DNA from: Ascoidea asiatica JCM 7603
Taxonomy: Eukaryota; Fungi; Ascomycota
DNA: 56,275 bases
Assembly (NCBI GenBank): GCA_001600695.1
Contig: BCKQ01000002.1
Location: 304,613 to 360,887 of the forward strand
Reading direction: 5' to 3'
This document shows, in pieces, positions 44,754 through 56,039 of the stretch. Positions within the stretch are counted from its first letter, which is position 1, and every line of letters begins with the position of its first letter. Both the position numbers and the translations under genes were made by a program. The notes below the pieces were generated by a model. The model had not been told where the DNA came from. It saw nothing but the letters and a program-made list of their open reading frames with translations, and did not search any database.

Positions 44754-44908
44754 ATTTTGATCATAAAATCAAATAAAATCAAATAAAGCTAGAAATAAAA
44801 TTAGAAATAATAAAGAAAATGATTAATAGATTTGTGTATTATAGATATAGTACTAGAGATAGAGTAAATTATATTATTTGTTGAAATACAATTATGATAC
44901 TAATCATC

Positions 44909-44941
<33 letters not shown>

Positions 44942-45269
44942 GTAGTAATAGTCACTAGTTGTTAAGTTGTTATATTTCCTTAATAATTTTCCTTTTCTTT
45001 CAAAAGATTTAAATCAAAAATTAAAAAGTGATTTCAGAATTCGAAAGAATTGTTATTAAATACTGAACTTCGTGCAATGAGATTAACTAGTTAATAAGAG
45101 TAATAATGAGAGAACTTTTAACTCTCTTTTGTTTCAGAAGCCCATTTATAAAATTAGATTAATTGATAAATTTTTATAAAATATTTAGCATTTAAAACCC
45201 AAATTGATCGATCATATTGATTAACGTTGAAATATTTTCATCATATTCACCATAAAATACTATTCATAT

Positions 45270-46340
45270 TCCTAAATAGAACCCCGGTCATGTGACTTTT
45301 GGGATTTGAATGAATTTCGGTGATTAAAAACAAAAATACATACTAAAACTAACGTCATAGACAGAAAACTGATAGCCCTACAGGGTAAGTGATTAACCAC
45401 TGAATTGGATTCTGGGCAAATATTGATATCAGAGACGAGTAAGAAACTAAACAACGTTACAAAGGGCTGGCATTTCCCAGTCTCAAGCCTCTTTTAAATT
45501 AAGGGGTCCAGCTAAGAGGTCTGATTTAGAGGCTAAAGAAAATGGTTCTGCAGTAGTGGTAATACGAGCGGTAAACACTCTGAAAAGCAATGTTAACGAC
45601 ACCGCGAGGTTGAATTATAGTGATTCATGCGAGCTTGGAAAGGATTGATTCTCAGAAAACCGTTGGATAAAAAAACCGGGCTGACCAATAGAAACTCGGG
45701 CGAGAGAGCAGGCTGTAACCCTGAGTTTGAGCAATTGCTTTAATACAGCTTTAATACAGCTCTAATGAAGCAATGTCACGGAGTTCCTGGGGCTGCCCGT
45801 AAAAACAGCCCCTGTCAGTGGAGTCTAGCAGCGCCCGTTCAAGTGGGGTCTTTGGAATGGAATCACTCGAGTGGGTTCATACAAGATCATAGACGGCCGA
45901 GATCGAATGGCCCGCTTGGGTTCTTTTTTTTCCTTGCCCCTGGAGTTTTGGCCAATCATGCTCAGCAGCAAAAGACCCACAAAAATGGTATTGCTGTTGC
46001 GTCCGTAGTTTGCCCCCTTCAGAAGTGAATCAATCCTAAGGTGTTCCAGTACGGGCCCGAAATGATGCGCGGGTTACATTTTGCACACGACACGACTGAA
46101 ACAGGCCCCAAACAGGAGGTTCAGGGCAGCATCAGTCAACCCGCAGACTGCAACCATAGCCCAGAACGCAGCAGCAAAAAGAGCAGCGAGATTATACAAA
46201 TTGAACAAAACACCGTAAGTTGATACACATAGTTGCTAAAGACACGGGTAGAGAGTGCGCTGGAGAGTGTTCCGTGAGAGTGGATGTAGTACCGCTGTAC
46301 AGCACCGGTAGTGCTACAGCACTGTAAAAGTTGCACTTTA
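45270..46340. promoter_or_regulatory. About 1-kb GC-rich upstream regulatory island of SCH9
   Basis: GC-rich block followed by about 1.3 kb of G-poor leader-like sequence. GTCATGTGAC at 45287-45296, CCAAT boxes at about 45685 and 45952, TGTCACG at about 45774. Confidence 0.6.
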
Positions 46341-47652
46341 ATACAATGGGTTTCTTCCCATATTAAAATATTAGTACCATAATAAACAACCTTACATTAG
46401 TAACAGAATAGTAATAATAATAATAATAATAAGAATATTATTATTAATTATAAAAATATAGCATACGGTAAAATATAAAATACAATAAACAATATTTATT
46501 GAATATATTAAATATAAATCCTCTTTTTTGAGTTTGTTTATTCTTGATTTTATCTTCTTCTTATTCTTATTCTTCTTCTTCTCATTTTATATTCCTTCAT
46601 CACTCTGTCCCTATTCTTTATTTTATTCTTTTCATCCTTAATAATCAATAGCATATCACCATATCATACATTTATAATAAATATTTGATATATTTCTATT
46701 TCAATTCTTTATTTTCAATTCAATCAAACAAAATTTACTATATTTTTATTTAAATATTCAAATCATAATTTAAATAATTATAATCAAACAATTTAAATAA
46801 AATTTTGTATTTTACTTAAATATTCATTATACAGTTTTATTCTTATATTGGATTATTTACGGTAGTATTTATTAAAAGGTAAAAAAAAAAAAAGTATACT
46901 GTACTTTTGTATATCCCATATACAAATATTCAATTTTTTTATCCCTTTCTTATATAATCAATTAACCAAGTTGTAAAAAAGAACTTAACTCATTAACGTT
47001 ATTTTCATTACTTCACAACTATAATAATATTATACAAATATTCATTTTTTTTTTATTTATATTGACATATATTAATACTTATCCTTTGTTAAAAAATATA
47101 CTACAATACTTTAAGACATTTTTTAATTTTATCCCTAATTTTTACTGGTTTCACTATTTCAATAATTACTCCTAAGTGCTCTTAAGTATTAAAACTACTA
47201 CTTCAATAATTATTATAAATCTAACCAATATCGCTAAAAATTATCAATAAATTATTAAATTTTAATATCTAATAACTAATAACTAATAATACACTCAATA
47301 TTATCCTTATATTTTATTTCCTATAAAATTTATTACAATATAAAATTAATCAAATTACATCAAACTGAATTAAATTAAATTAAATTAAATTAAAATTCAA
47401 TTCATTTCAATATACTAAAAATAATAATTCTATTTTTATTTATATTATACTAACGTTATCCATAGGTTATTATTAATTCCATTTCATTTATCTGTATTTT
47501 AATTTTTTCAATATCTTTATTATATTACATCAAACTTTATCCAATTTTACCTTTTATAATATTTTATTATTCAAGTTAATTTAATCCTCAACTTAACTTT
47601 TTTACACTCAATTTACATTTTTTTTTTTTTTAATTTAAAGGAGGAGGAAATA

Positions 47653-50283
47653 ATGCCTCTCTTTTTTCCTTTCAAAAATAATAATAATAACAATAACAAT
47701 AACAATAACAATAACAATAACAATAACAATAACAATAATACTAATACTAATACTAATACTAATACTAATACTAATACTAATCAAAGTGCTACTGATTCTA
47801 TAAATTTAAATATTTCTAACAAGTTTAACAATAAAGGCTCAAATATGAACTTAAATAATACTACAAATATTACTAATACTTCTAATTCAACTAATAATCA
47901 GAATTCTCAAATTCCACTACCTTTTCCAACAGCTCTTGTTCCATCATGTGTTCCAACAACTGCTTTAAGTAATAATTCGTTTGCATTTGGAACAACATCA
48001 TTATCAAAATCAAATTTAAATATTCATTCAAGACAAAAAATTAGTAATTTAACTTTATCCGTTCAACAACAACAACAACAGCAGCAAAGTCAATTACAAC
48101 ATCAACTGCAACAGCAACAAACTTTAAATAGTTCTCAATCAACTTCTAGAGGTTCAGATACTACAACCACTAGTAATTCTTCTGCTATAAATGGGTTCAA
48201 TCCTAATACTACAGATTCCCCTGCTTCAAGCCCTCCTTCTCTTGCTGAATCTCAGAATCAATCTCAATCAGATTCTCAATCAGATTCTCAAAATCAATCT
48301 CAAAATCAAATTGATAAATCTCCAATTAAAAATCAATCCCAACAAAATTCATTATCTCAATTTGGTACTTTAACTGTTAAAATCGTTCAAGCACAAAATT
48401 TATTAGTTCATCCTAATTCAAAAACCTATGTAATTTGTAAAGTTGAAAATTCTGAGTCAATTACTGCAAACGATCATAGTACTACTACTATCAATCATAA
48501 TAATAATAATCTGTCTAGTTTCATGCAACAAAAACCAAGTTATTTTGATAATATTAATAAAAATCTTAATAGTAGTAATGATAATAGTAATAATAATAGT
48601 AATAGTGATAGCAATGATAATGATAACAACAGTAATAACAATAATAACAACAACAATAAAAATAATAATAACATGAATAATCCAAATACCTCTTCCTTTT
48701 ATAAATCAATCTCAATTCCAATATCAAGAGATAGTAATAATCGACCAATTTATGCAAGGCAATCTTCTAATCAATATTTATCTGCTGATCCATTTAGAAA
48801 TGCTTTTGACCCAAAGTGGAATCATGATGCAATTTTTGATATTTCAAATCCAAATGCTCAAATTGAAATTTCTGTTTATGATTCAGTTGATAATGATAAG
48901 TTTCTTGGTTATGTCAATATTAATTTAAATTTATCAAAAGTTTCTAGTCAAAATTCTTGGTACAATTTAAAAGCAAGAAATAATGAAGATCATGTACGAG
49001 GTAGAGTTCAAATTAACTATATCTATACAACTCATAATAAGAAAAAAAGATATGGTCCTGATGATTTCAAAATTTTAAAAATGTTAGGTAAAGGAACTTT
49101 TGGTAAGGTTTATCTAGTTCTAAAAAAAGATAATAATAGAGTTTACGCAATGAAAGTCCTTTCAAAAAATTATATTGCCAAAAAAAATGAAATCGCTCAT
49201 ACTTTAAGTGAAAGAGATATTTTAGTAAAGGCTTCAAAAGGTCCTTTCATTATTAATTTGAAATTTGCTTTTCAGACTCCTGAAGATTTATATTTTGTTA
49301 CCGATTATATGGCTGGAGGTGAATTATTTTATCTTTTGCAAAAAGAAAGAAAATTTTCTGAAGATAGAACTAAATTCTATGTTGCTGAATTATTGTTAGC
49401 TCTAGAAATTTTACATAATGAAGGTGTGATTTATCGTGATTTAAAACCAGAAAATATTTTGCTTGATGCAAATGGACATATAGCTTTATGTGATTTTGGT
49501 TTATCAAAATTAAATATTATTCAGGATATTAGAGCAAAAACATTCTGTGGTACAACCGAATACTTGGCTCCCGAAATTCTACTCGATGAAGCAGGATATA
49601 CCAAAATGGTTGATTTTTGGTCTTTAGGAGTTTTGATATTTGAAATGGTTTGTGGCTGGTCTCCTTTTTATGGTGAAAGTAATCAAGAAATGTATAGAAA
49701 TATTGCTTATGGTAGAGTCAAATTTCCAAGGGGTGCTTTATCTTCCGAAGGTAGGCAATTTGTAAAAGGACTATTGAATAGAAATCCTGCAAATAGATTG
49801 GGTGCTCATGGAGATGTAGCAGAATTAAAAGCTCATCCTTTTTTTGTTGATATTGATTGGAATTTATTATCACAAAAGAAAATTCCTCCTCCTTATAAAC
49901 CACCTTTACATGGTGAAACAGATGTTTCTAATTTTGACCCCGAGTTCACTCAGACTACAGGTTCTGCTATAACAAGGGGTTTAGTTATGTCAAATACTCC
50001 ATTATCACCTAATACGCAAGCCAATTTCAATGGATTTACTTATGTAGGAGAAAGTATGTTTCCAGAAGATAGTTATGGTAGTGTCAATAATCGAAGAAGA
50101 AGTCTTTATATTACTAATAAATCACTTATACCTGGAGATCCAGATTCTCCTCGTGAAGAAGCACTTATGGATGAGAATCTTGATTATCAGGAGCCAGATG
50201 ATATGTATGATGATAGCATCAATATGGAACTTGATAGGGAACAATTGTATGATTATGATGACCCTGATCAAAATTATTTATAA
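47653..50283 (+). CDS. SCH9: AGC-family protein kinase with C2 domain, TORC1 effector
   Basis: Split C2 domain, KRYGPDDF, LGKGTFG.V, KKNEIAHT, YRDLKPENILLDANGHIALCDFGLSK, TFCGTTEYLAPE, GYTKMVDFWSLG, hydrophobic motif FNGFTY. Very Asn/Gln-rich N-terminus. Confidence 0.93.
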   Translation: MPLFFPFKNNNNNNNNNNNNNNNNNNNNNTNTNTNTNTNTNTNQSATDSINLNISNKFNNKGSNMNLNNTTNITNTSNSTNNQNSQIPLPFPTALVPSCVPTTALSNNSFAFGTTSLSKSNLNIHSRQKISNLTLSVQQQQQQQQSQLQHQLQQQQTLNSSQSTSRGSDTTTTSNSSAINGFNPNTTDSPASSPPSLAESQNQSQSDSQSDSQNQSQNQIDKSPIKNQSQQNSLSQFGTLTVKIVQAQNLLVHPNSKTYVICKVENSESITANDHSTTTINHNNNNLSSFMQQKPSYFDNINKNLNSSNDNSNNNSNSDSNDNDNNSNNNNNNNNKNNNNMNNPNTSSFYKSISIPISRDSNNRPIYARQSSNQYLSADPFRNAFDPKWNHDAIFDISNPNAQIEISVYDSVDNDKFLGYVNINLNLSKVSSQNSWYNLKARNNEDHVRGRVQINYIYTTHNKKKRYGPDDFKILKMLGKGTFGKVYLVLKKDNNRVYAMKVLSKNYIAKKNEIAHTLSERDILVKASKGPFIINLKFAFQTPEDLYFVTDYMAGGELFYLLQKERKFSEDRTKFYVAELLLALEILHNEGVIYRDLKPENILLDANGHIALCDFGLSKLNIIQDIRAKTFCGTTEYLAPEILLDEAGYTKMVDFWSLGVLIFEMVCGWSPFYGESNQEMYRNIAYGRVKFPRGALSSEGRQFVKGLLNRNPANRLGAHGDVAELKAHPFFVDIDWNLLSQKKIPPPYKPPLHGETDVSNFDPEFTQTTGSAITRGLVMSNTPLSPNTQANFNGFTYVGESMFPEDSYGSVNNRRRSLYITNKSLIPGDPDSPREEALMDENLDYQEPDDMYDDSINMELDREQLYDYDDPDQNYL
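47677..47780 (+). repeat. (AAY)n followed by (ACTAAT)n coding microsatellite (poly-Asn, then TN repeats) at the SCH9 N-terminus
   Basis: Directly visible. Confidence 0.9.
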
Positions 50284-51071
50284 AATTGGCTCAATTTTTC
50301 AAAACCTTGTGTTTAGATTCTAATAAGGATATTTAATATGAGAATTTTGATAAACTTATTCTTGCATTGAGTGCTTATTCCATATATTCGTCTTCTATAT
50401 CTATTCTGAATTATCTTTTTTTTATTTCACTAAATGCATTTTGATTCATTTAATCATTATTAATTCTACTGTCTCTCGTTTTCTTTTTTTTCTTTTTTTT
50501 CCTTATTACTAAACTTTTTCATAAAGAAGTTATTGTCATGTCAATTTTCATTTTGATAAGTATTTGGTAATTATCAATATTATTCAAACAAATTTTGTTT
50601 TTTTATGGATGTTTTCTTTTCTTCTTTTTCTCTTACTTTGTCTAATTTTTTACTGTTATCGTTACTTATACATTAATAGATTAATCTATTTTTTCATTTG
50701 TTTTATTTTTTTAATATAAAGTTATATATATAGTCTACATAATTTGCAAACTAATAAATTTTTCAGATTCTTTTGGTATTGATAGTAAAAGTCCTAAAAG
50801 CATACTTCAAAATGTTAGTCCTTCGAACACAATTCATTTGAAAAAGAGGGTGTTTTAAAAGATAGAAATCGTCGATTACGTAATATTTGCTAATTTTGAC
50901 TTTTAGCCGATAATATAAAGTTATGGAAACAATTGTTTTTGAATCTTTTGGCGTTAAGTTTGACATCAATAACTAATCAACTTCTTAATCTAACGCTCAA
51001 GTTTCAAAGTAATCTTATAAATTGTAATTCCATAAAGTAATTCATTTTAGAGGTGATAAAATCATTTTTCA

Positions 51072-52853
51072 ATGATTTTTTTCAGTAAACTTATTGAACT
51101 TCTTTCAGCAAATTTTGATCTTGGTAATAACGAAAATATTTTGCAACTTTCACTAAAATTGCAAACATCCGATGAAAGTTATTATAAATTAATCAGTGAA
51201 AGGTTTGACGAGGCTTTTAAAGCGTCTCTTCAATTATTCAAAATTATTTTAAATGCAAACAACACTTTTGAGAAAAGGATTGGCAAACTTGTTTTACCAA
51301 ACATTAGACTAAATAAAGAGGAAACCTTCAGATTCAATAATTTTCTAATATCCTTTTTCTCCTTTTATTTTGGAATAAAACCAATAGTGATATTCATCAG
51401 TTATGATGATGTTTTCCAAAGAGAGAATCCAAGTGTCCATAATAACGATACAAAATCCAAAAATAGTGAACTTAATCTCGATTTTGATGAAAATGGTAAT
51501 ATATCTAAATTCGAGTTAAAAAATTTAGATCCCGATGTCGTCTCTAAATCTACTCAAAAGAGGATAGCAGAAAAAGAAAGAAAAGAGGAAGTTAAAAATT
51601 TGAAAAGAGTCCAAATGAATTTAACTGTGCTATTAATGTTAATTCAGCTACTTGATGAATCCTGTCTCAATGAATATACTCCAATTTTTGCTACATTAAT
51701 TAGTGAATTTCAACGTTTTTTTTCAACAAAAAAATTCAATAATCGAATAGAAGATGTGAAAAGAAAATATACCTTTTTTTTCTACTTGTTTTTTATTTAC
51801 ACAATTATTTACCGGGAAAAATTAGACGATTTAAAAAAAGAAACGATTATAAATATTTTCAATTTGTACCTAGAAAACAACAAAAGATTTCTTCTAACAG
51901 GCTTAAGTGATAAAAAAAGAAAAGATAGATATTTTAATGAAGTGATATTTTGGAAACAGGAGATTATTTCAAAATCCGAAAAAGCAAAGGAACTGCCTAC
52001 TGAAAAGTTCATAAATAGCTTAAAATCGGTGTTCGATATAAAATTAATCAAAAAAGTTCTTCTTGAGTTTTTTTTGGAACTATATGATGAATTTAATTAT
52101 TACCTTGAACTAAAAGGTTTAAAATTTGAAATCTCTTCAGATAATCAATTATTAGATGCTGAGAATCAGTATTTGAAATTCAAAAAAAATCTTGAAGCTT
52201 ATCAAGAAAAAGAAGAAAGATTGAAAATATCTTTAGAATCAAAACTTGAATCTATTAGAAAAGTTGAAAATGATTGTTTTGATGCAGAAAGAGAAGTACT
52301 AGAATTTCATAAAAATATTGAAAAGGAAAACGCTTCGTTTAGAAACAAATTTTCCCAAGTTAAACGTAATGACGATTGGGAGCAAAAGCAGGCTGTAAAA
52401 GGATACAATGATGCTTTTCAAGAAGGAAAAGGCAGGTTAGAAAATCTGCAAAAAAATTATTTGGTTAAAATTAAACAAGAACAACAAAAGTCTGATGAAT
52501 TAATTGATACGAGGAAGAAGCTTTTTGAGAAACGAATAGAGGAAATGACTAATCTTCACAAAGCTGAAGTAGCAACTCGAATTGGAAGAGTCAACCTTTG
52601 GGAAGAAAAGGTCATTGCAGTTCTGAAAGAAATAGAGGAGTTGAAGATTAAAAAAGCTGAAAAAGAAAGGCGGCAAAACCAAAAGCAAGAGAATGAAGGT
52701 CATCTGAGAAGGCATCGAAACAATGAAAAAAATGAGAGGGGTGATTACAGAAGAGATTGGAGACCTTTTAATAATGGCTATAATAATAATTATGATAAGT
52801 ACGATTCTAAAGATGATCGAGATCCAGGTGCAAAGGATCTGTTAGATTATTAA
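51072..52853 (+). CDS. Hypothetical 593-aa protein with a helical N-terminal half and a long C-terminal coiled coil
   Basis: Long uninterrupted ORF in AT-rich DNA, with a K/E-rich heptad region. No recognised family. Confidence 0.75.
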   Translation: MIFFSKLIELLSANFDLGNNENILQLSLKLQTSDESYYKLISERFDEAFKASLQLFKIILNANNTFEKRIGKLVLPNIRLNKEETFRFNNFLISFFSFYFGIKPIVIFISYDDVFQRENPSVHNNDTKSKNSELNLDFDENGNISKFELKNLDPDVVSKSTQKRIAEKERKEEVKNLKRVQMNLTVLLMLIQLLDESCLNEYTPIFATLISEFQRFFSTKKFNNRIEDVKRKYTFFFYLFFIYTIIYREKLDDLKKETIINIFNLYLENNKRFLLTGLSDKKRKDRYFNEVIFWKQEIISKSEKAKELPTEKFINSLKSVFDIKLIKKVLLEFFLELYDEFNYYLELKGLKFEISSDNQLLDAENQYLKFKKNLEAYQEKEERLKISLESKLESIRKVENDCFDAEREVLEFHKNIEKENASFRNKFSQVKRNDDWEQKQAVKGYNDAFQEGKGRLENLQKNYLVKIKQEQQKSDELIDTRKKLFEKRIEEMTNLHKAEVATRIGRVNLWEEKVIAVLKEIEELKIKKAEKERRQNQKQENEGHLRRHRNNEKNERGDYRRDWRPFNNGYNNNYDKYDSKDDRDPGAKDLLDY

Positions 52854-53262
52854 CTTGAATTTCAGCTACTAGATTAATTAACGATTTGAAATCATGTTTT
52901 AGCATTTTATTTGTATCATATCATAAATAACTAGATCTGTACAGGGGATCAGGATTGCTATTTGATATATTGTTTTGCATGGATTGCAGTTTAAATTGCA
53001 TATTTTTCTTTTGGTTAGTCAAATAAATGTATTTCAGAAAACTCAAAGATGTTCACAAGATCAATGCTTTTCTAAAGGATTGATTTGCGAAAAATAACTT
53101 ATATTTTAAAGTTTCAACATGAGAGATATTATTTTTATACAATAAATTTTATTTCAAAAAGTTAGAAAATTCAGACAACTATATTACAATATACTATAAA
53201 CCGATAAAACTAGAAAAAGGTTGGGGATAAAAATAAAAAAAGATTAAGCAATCTTATAACAG

Positions 53263-55623
53263 TCAAGAAAAATTATCAAAACAATACATTCTAACAACAC
53301 CATCTTCGCCACCACTAGCAAATTTACTATCACTAAGACCAACACAATTAACACTGGCACTATGACCAGTGAACGTATGAAGGCATTTACCATTTTGAAG
53401 ATCCCAGACTTTTACAAGTCTATCATGAGCTCCACTAACAATTCTAAAAGTATCGGCAGCAATTGACCAAACACCTTCAATATGACCAAATTGAGTTCTT
53501 ACACATTTTCCTTTACCTCCATTTGCTCTTAAGTCCCACAATTTGATAGTATTATCTAAAGAAGATGTTAACATATGGGTAGGCATCTTTTTTAAAAAAG
53601 ATTCTGGTATAGCTGTTTCTGGAACAATTGGATTTTCAGACCCAGATCTAGTTAGACTTGATATCTGAGAAAAGTTTGACACTCGTTCTTCGGATATATT
53701 ATTGGGTATCAAGGCTGAAGAACTTGGCTCATGAGAAAATCCATCATCCTCTTCATCACTATCTATTTTGTCTTCGACTACAGTATCTTTCATAGTTAAA
53801 GGAATAACTGTTTGAACCTGACCAATGTGACCACCATGACCACCTTGGAATACTTTAATGCAATTATTTGTTTCTAAATCCCAAATACGTATGGTTGTAT
53901 CATCACTTGAGCTGAAAATCGTATTAGAAGCAGTATGAATTTTCACGCAATTAACCCAATCAGTATGACCTCTCAAGGTATGGCAAATTCTAGATTCCAC
54001 ATGCCAAATTTTAATGGTATTATCTGCCGAACCACTAACAATTAATTTATTTTTAAATGAGTCTATCGATAGGACAGTATCGGTATGACCTCTATAAGTT
54101 GAAATGCATGTTCCTAAATGATAGTTCCAAACTTTTATTGTTGAATCTAAAGAGCCTGTTATTAGTTTAGTATCATCAAAATGCAAACATCTTACACCTT
54201 TTTCATGTCCAGTTAATGTTCGAATTAAAGAACCAGATTTTATATCCCAAATTTTAATGGAAGAATCATATGAACCTGTCATTAAGGTTTTGTGATTAAA
54301 TTGTAAGCATAGTATACCATCTTTATGACCCTTGAATTCTCTTATTTTGAAAATACCTTTTCGCCAATTTTTTTCTACTTTATAACGTTCGGAATAAACA
54401 GACTTCCATGACCTTGTCATTCTGACAATTCTTACTTTATTTTTATCGGAATCATTTGTCCCTGGAATAAATCGTTTATTTGACTGTTCTTCAACAGATT
54501 TATCAAATGACCTTTTTTTAGAGTTTGCTTTGATAATTGATTTCACTTTTTGAATATCTATTCTTTGTGAGTTTTCACAGATATTGCCTGACTGAGAGGT
54601 GTTATTTGATTCATCAGCTCTACTTGTATTTGATTCATTGTCACTTTTATTATTTTTTGAGTTAATGTTATGCCTATTATTCTTATAATCACTATTATTA
54701 TTCCTATTATTGTAATTCTTTGAATCATTATCAATATACTGGATTTTTTCATAATGTCTAGCTCTTTTCATTAGCATTAAAGGTAATCCCCAACCACAAT
54801 TTGGACATTTTCTATCAATATGTTGTTTGCACATATAATGCCAAACTCTATCATCATCAGCTAAATTTTTCCAAGTTTTTGAAACTTGAGCAGCGTTGCA
54901 AAGTGAAGCACAATCTAAATAACACAAAATTTTTAAAGAAATTTCATTTGGCAAAGAAGATATAAAATCGATTTTAATTAAAGAAGATATTTCTTCACTT
55001 ATATAGCTTAATTGATAAAAGCAACACATTGATAAAATTCCTTTTAAAATTAAATTTTTTTGATTTGAAGGAGCTGCTGAAAATATTGACCAAATTCTTG
55101 AAATATTTTGCTTCTCAGTATGATCTAAAGTTTCTAAATTTTTTTGGATTTCCATTAATTTTGTTTGATCAGTTTGTTTATTACATCTTATATCAGGATT
55201 ATGTCTATAACAATATTTATGATAATTATTATTTGAAGAGAAGCTTGGAATATCATTTGTTATAATATTATCAAGAGTATGAATGTGATTGGTATTATAA
55301 TTTTGGATATTATGATTATTACTTGCGGCAGGAATATGTTTTGATAAAAATGAAGTAATAGAAGAATCAAAACTTTGAGAGTTAGTTTTATCATATCCTG
55401 GTTTGGCTTTCATTATCTCTTTATCATGATTATCATTACTATTATTATTATCATTACTAATATTAACATTATCTCTATCATTATCTATTATATTAGTAAA
55501 TGTTGATTCGATTGTACTTTGGTCATTTTCATTCTTATTAGAATCGATATTTAGAGTATCACTATCACTGACATTATTGTTCAATAAATTAGTAGACGGT
55601 TGGTCTATTTGGTTAAATTTCAT
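53263..55623 (-). CDS. MET30: F-box/WD40 substrate receptor of SCF, sulfur metabolism regulator
   Basis: KYCYRHNPD, IWSIFSAAP, IDFISSLPNEISLKILCYLDCASLCNAAQVS (F-box), QHIDRKCPNCGWGLPL, WD40 repeats (RTQFGHIEGVW..AADTFRIVSGAHD). Confidence 0.96.
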   Translation of the reverse strand: MKFNQIDQPSTNLLNNNVSDSDTLNIDSNKNENDQSTIESTFTNIIDNDRDNVNISNDNNNSNDNHDKEIMKAKPGYDKTNSQSFDSSITSFLSKHIPAASNNHNIQNYNTNHIHTLDNIITNDIPSFSSNNNYHKYCYRHNPDIRCNKQTDQTKLMEIQKNLETLDHTEKQNISRIWSIFSAAPSNQKNLILKGILSMCCFYQLSYISEEISSLIKIDFISSLPNEISLKILCYLDCASLCNAAQVSKTWKNLADDDRVWHYMCKQHIDRKCPNCGWGLPLMLMKRARHYEKIQYIDNDSKNYNNRNNNSDYKNNRHNINSKNNKSDNESNTSRADESNNTSQSGNICENSQRIDIQKVKSIIKANSKKRSFDKSVEEQSNKRFIPGTNDSDKNKVRIVRMTRSWKSVYSERYKVEKNWRKGIFKIREFKGHKDGILCLQFNHKTLMTGSYDSSIKIWDIKSGSLIRTLTGHEKGVRCLHFDDTKLITGSLDSTIKVWNYHLGTCISTYRGHTDTVLSIDSFKNKLIVSGSADNTIKIWHVESRICHTLRGHTDWVNCVKIHTASNTIFSSSDDTTIRIWDLETNNCIKVFQGGHGGHIGQVQTVIPLTMKDTVVEDKIDSDEEDDGFSHEPSSSALIPNNISEERVSNFSQISSLTRSGSENPIVPETAIPESFLKKMPTHMLTSSLDNTIKLWDLRANGGKGKCVRTQFGHIEGVWSIAADTFRIVSGAHDRLVKVWDLQNGKCLHTFTGHSASVNCVGLSDSKFASGGEDGVVRMYCFDNFS

Positions 55624-56039
55624 CTTAAAAAGTATTTATTTTTATTTTCTTATCAGTTTTGAAATGTTGAAATTGAATTTACTGATTATTAAATTGTTTA
55701 ATAGGTTAAATAATAATTCTATGCTTTTATATTGAAAAAGAAGTTGAATTCTAAATTAAGTTACAATTTAAGTAAGAATGAGAAGAGTTTGAGTAAAATT
55801 ATGAAATAAGATTAGAATATATCCTGCTCATTTTTATATGAATATATTAAAATATTTTTATTCAAAAGATTAAAAAGTATGAACATTGAGGTTTCTTATA
55901 GCTGACCAAATTAGGTTTAAAAAATGTTTTTAGTGTATTATTTGATTTTTAATATTAGCGTATGGTACAACTGTATTGTGTGCTTTTATTGATAGGATCT
56001 ATTTTACGGATATCTTAGTATTACTTTGTTAACAGTGAT

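Noticed and set aside
45300-45835. SRP RNA (AGGCTGTAA; TCAG...AGCAGC) or RNase P (GAATTTCGGTG) signatures
   Set aside because: Only partial matches. The helix-8 spacing and GNRA loop do not fit, and the other conserved regions were not found.
4952-46903. Recurring TACAGTA/TACTGTA in intergenic DNA (4952, 8456, 25771, 31841, 34412, 35056, 46897)
   Set aside because: An AT-rich 7-mer whose count is only modestly above chance, with inconsistent positions relative to genes.
47639-47655. Shine-Dalgarno-like AGGAGG before the SCH9 ATG
   Set aside because: This is a eukaryotic nuclear gene with no sign of bacterial origin; the sequence is better read as chance or exon sequence.
1032-55265. Many 60-120 aa antisense or alternate-frame ORFs inside real genes
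   Set aside because: They are by-products of codon bias and (AAT)n repeats, giving poly-Ile/Leu/Tyr translations.
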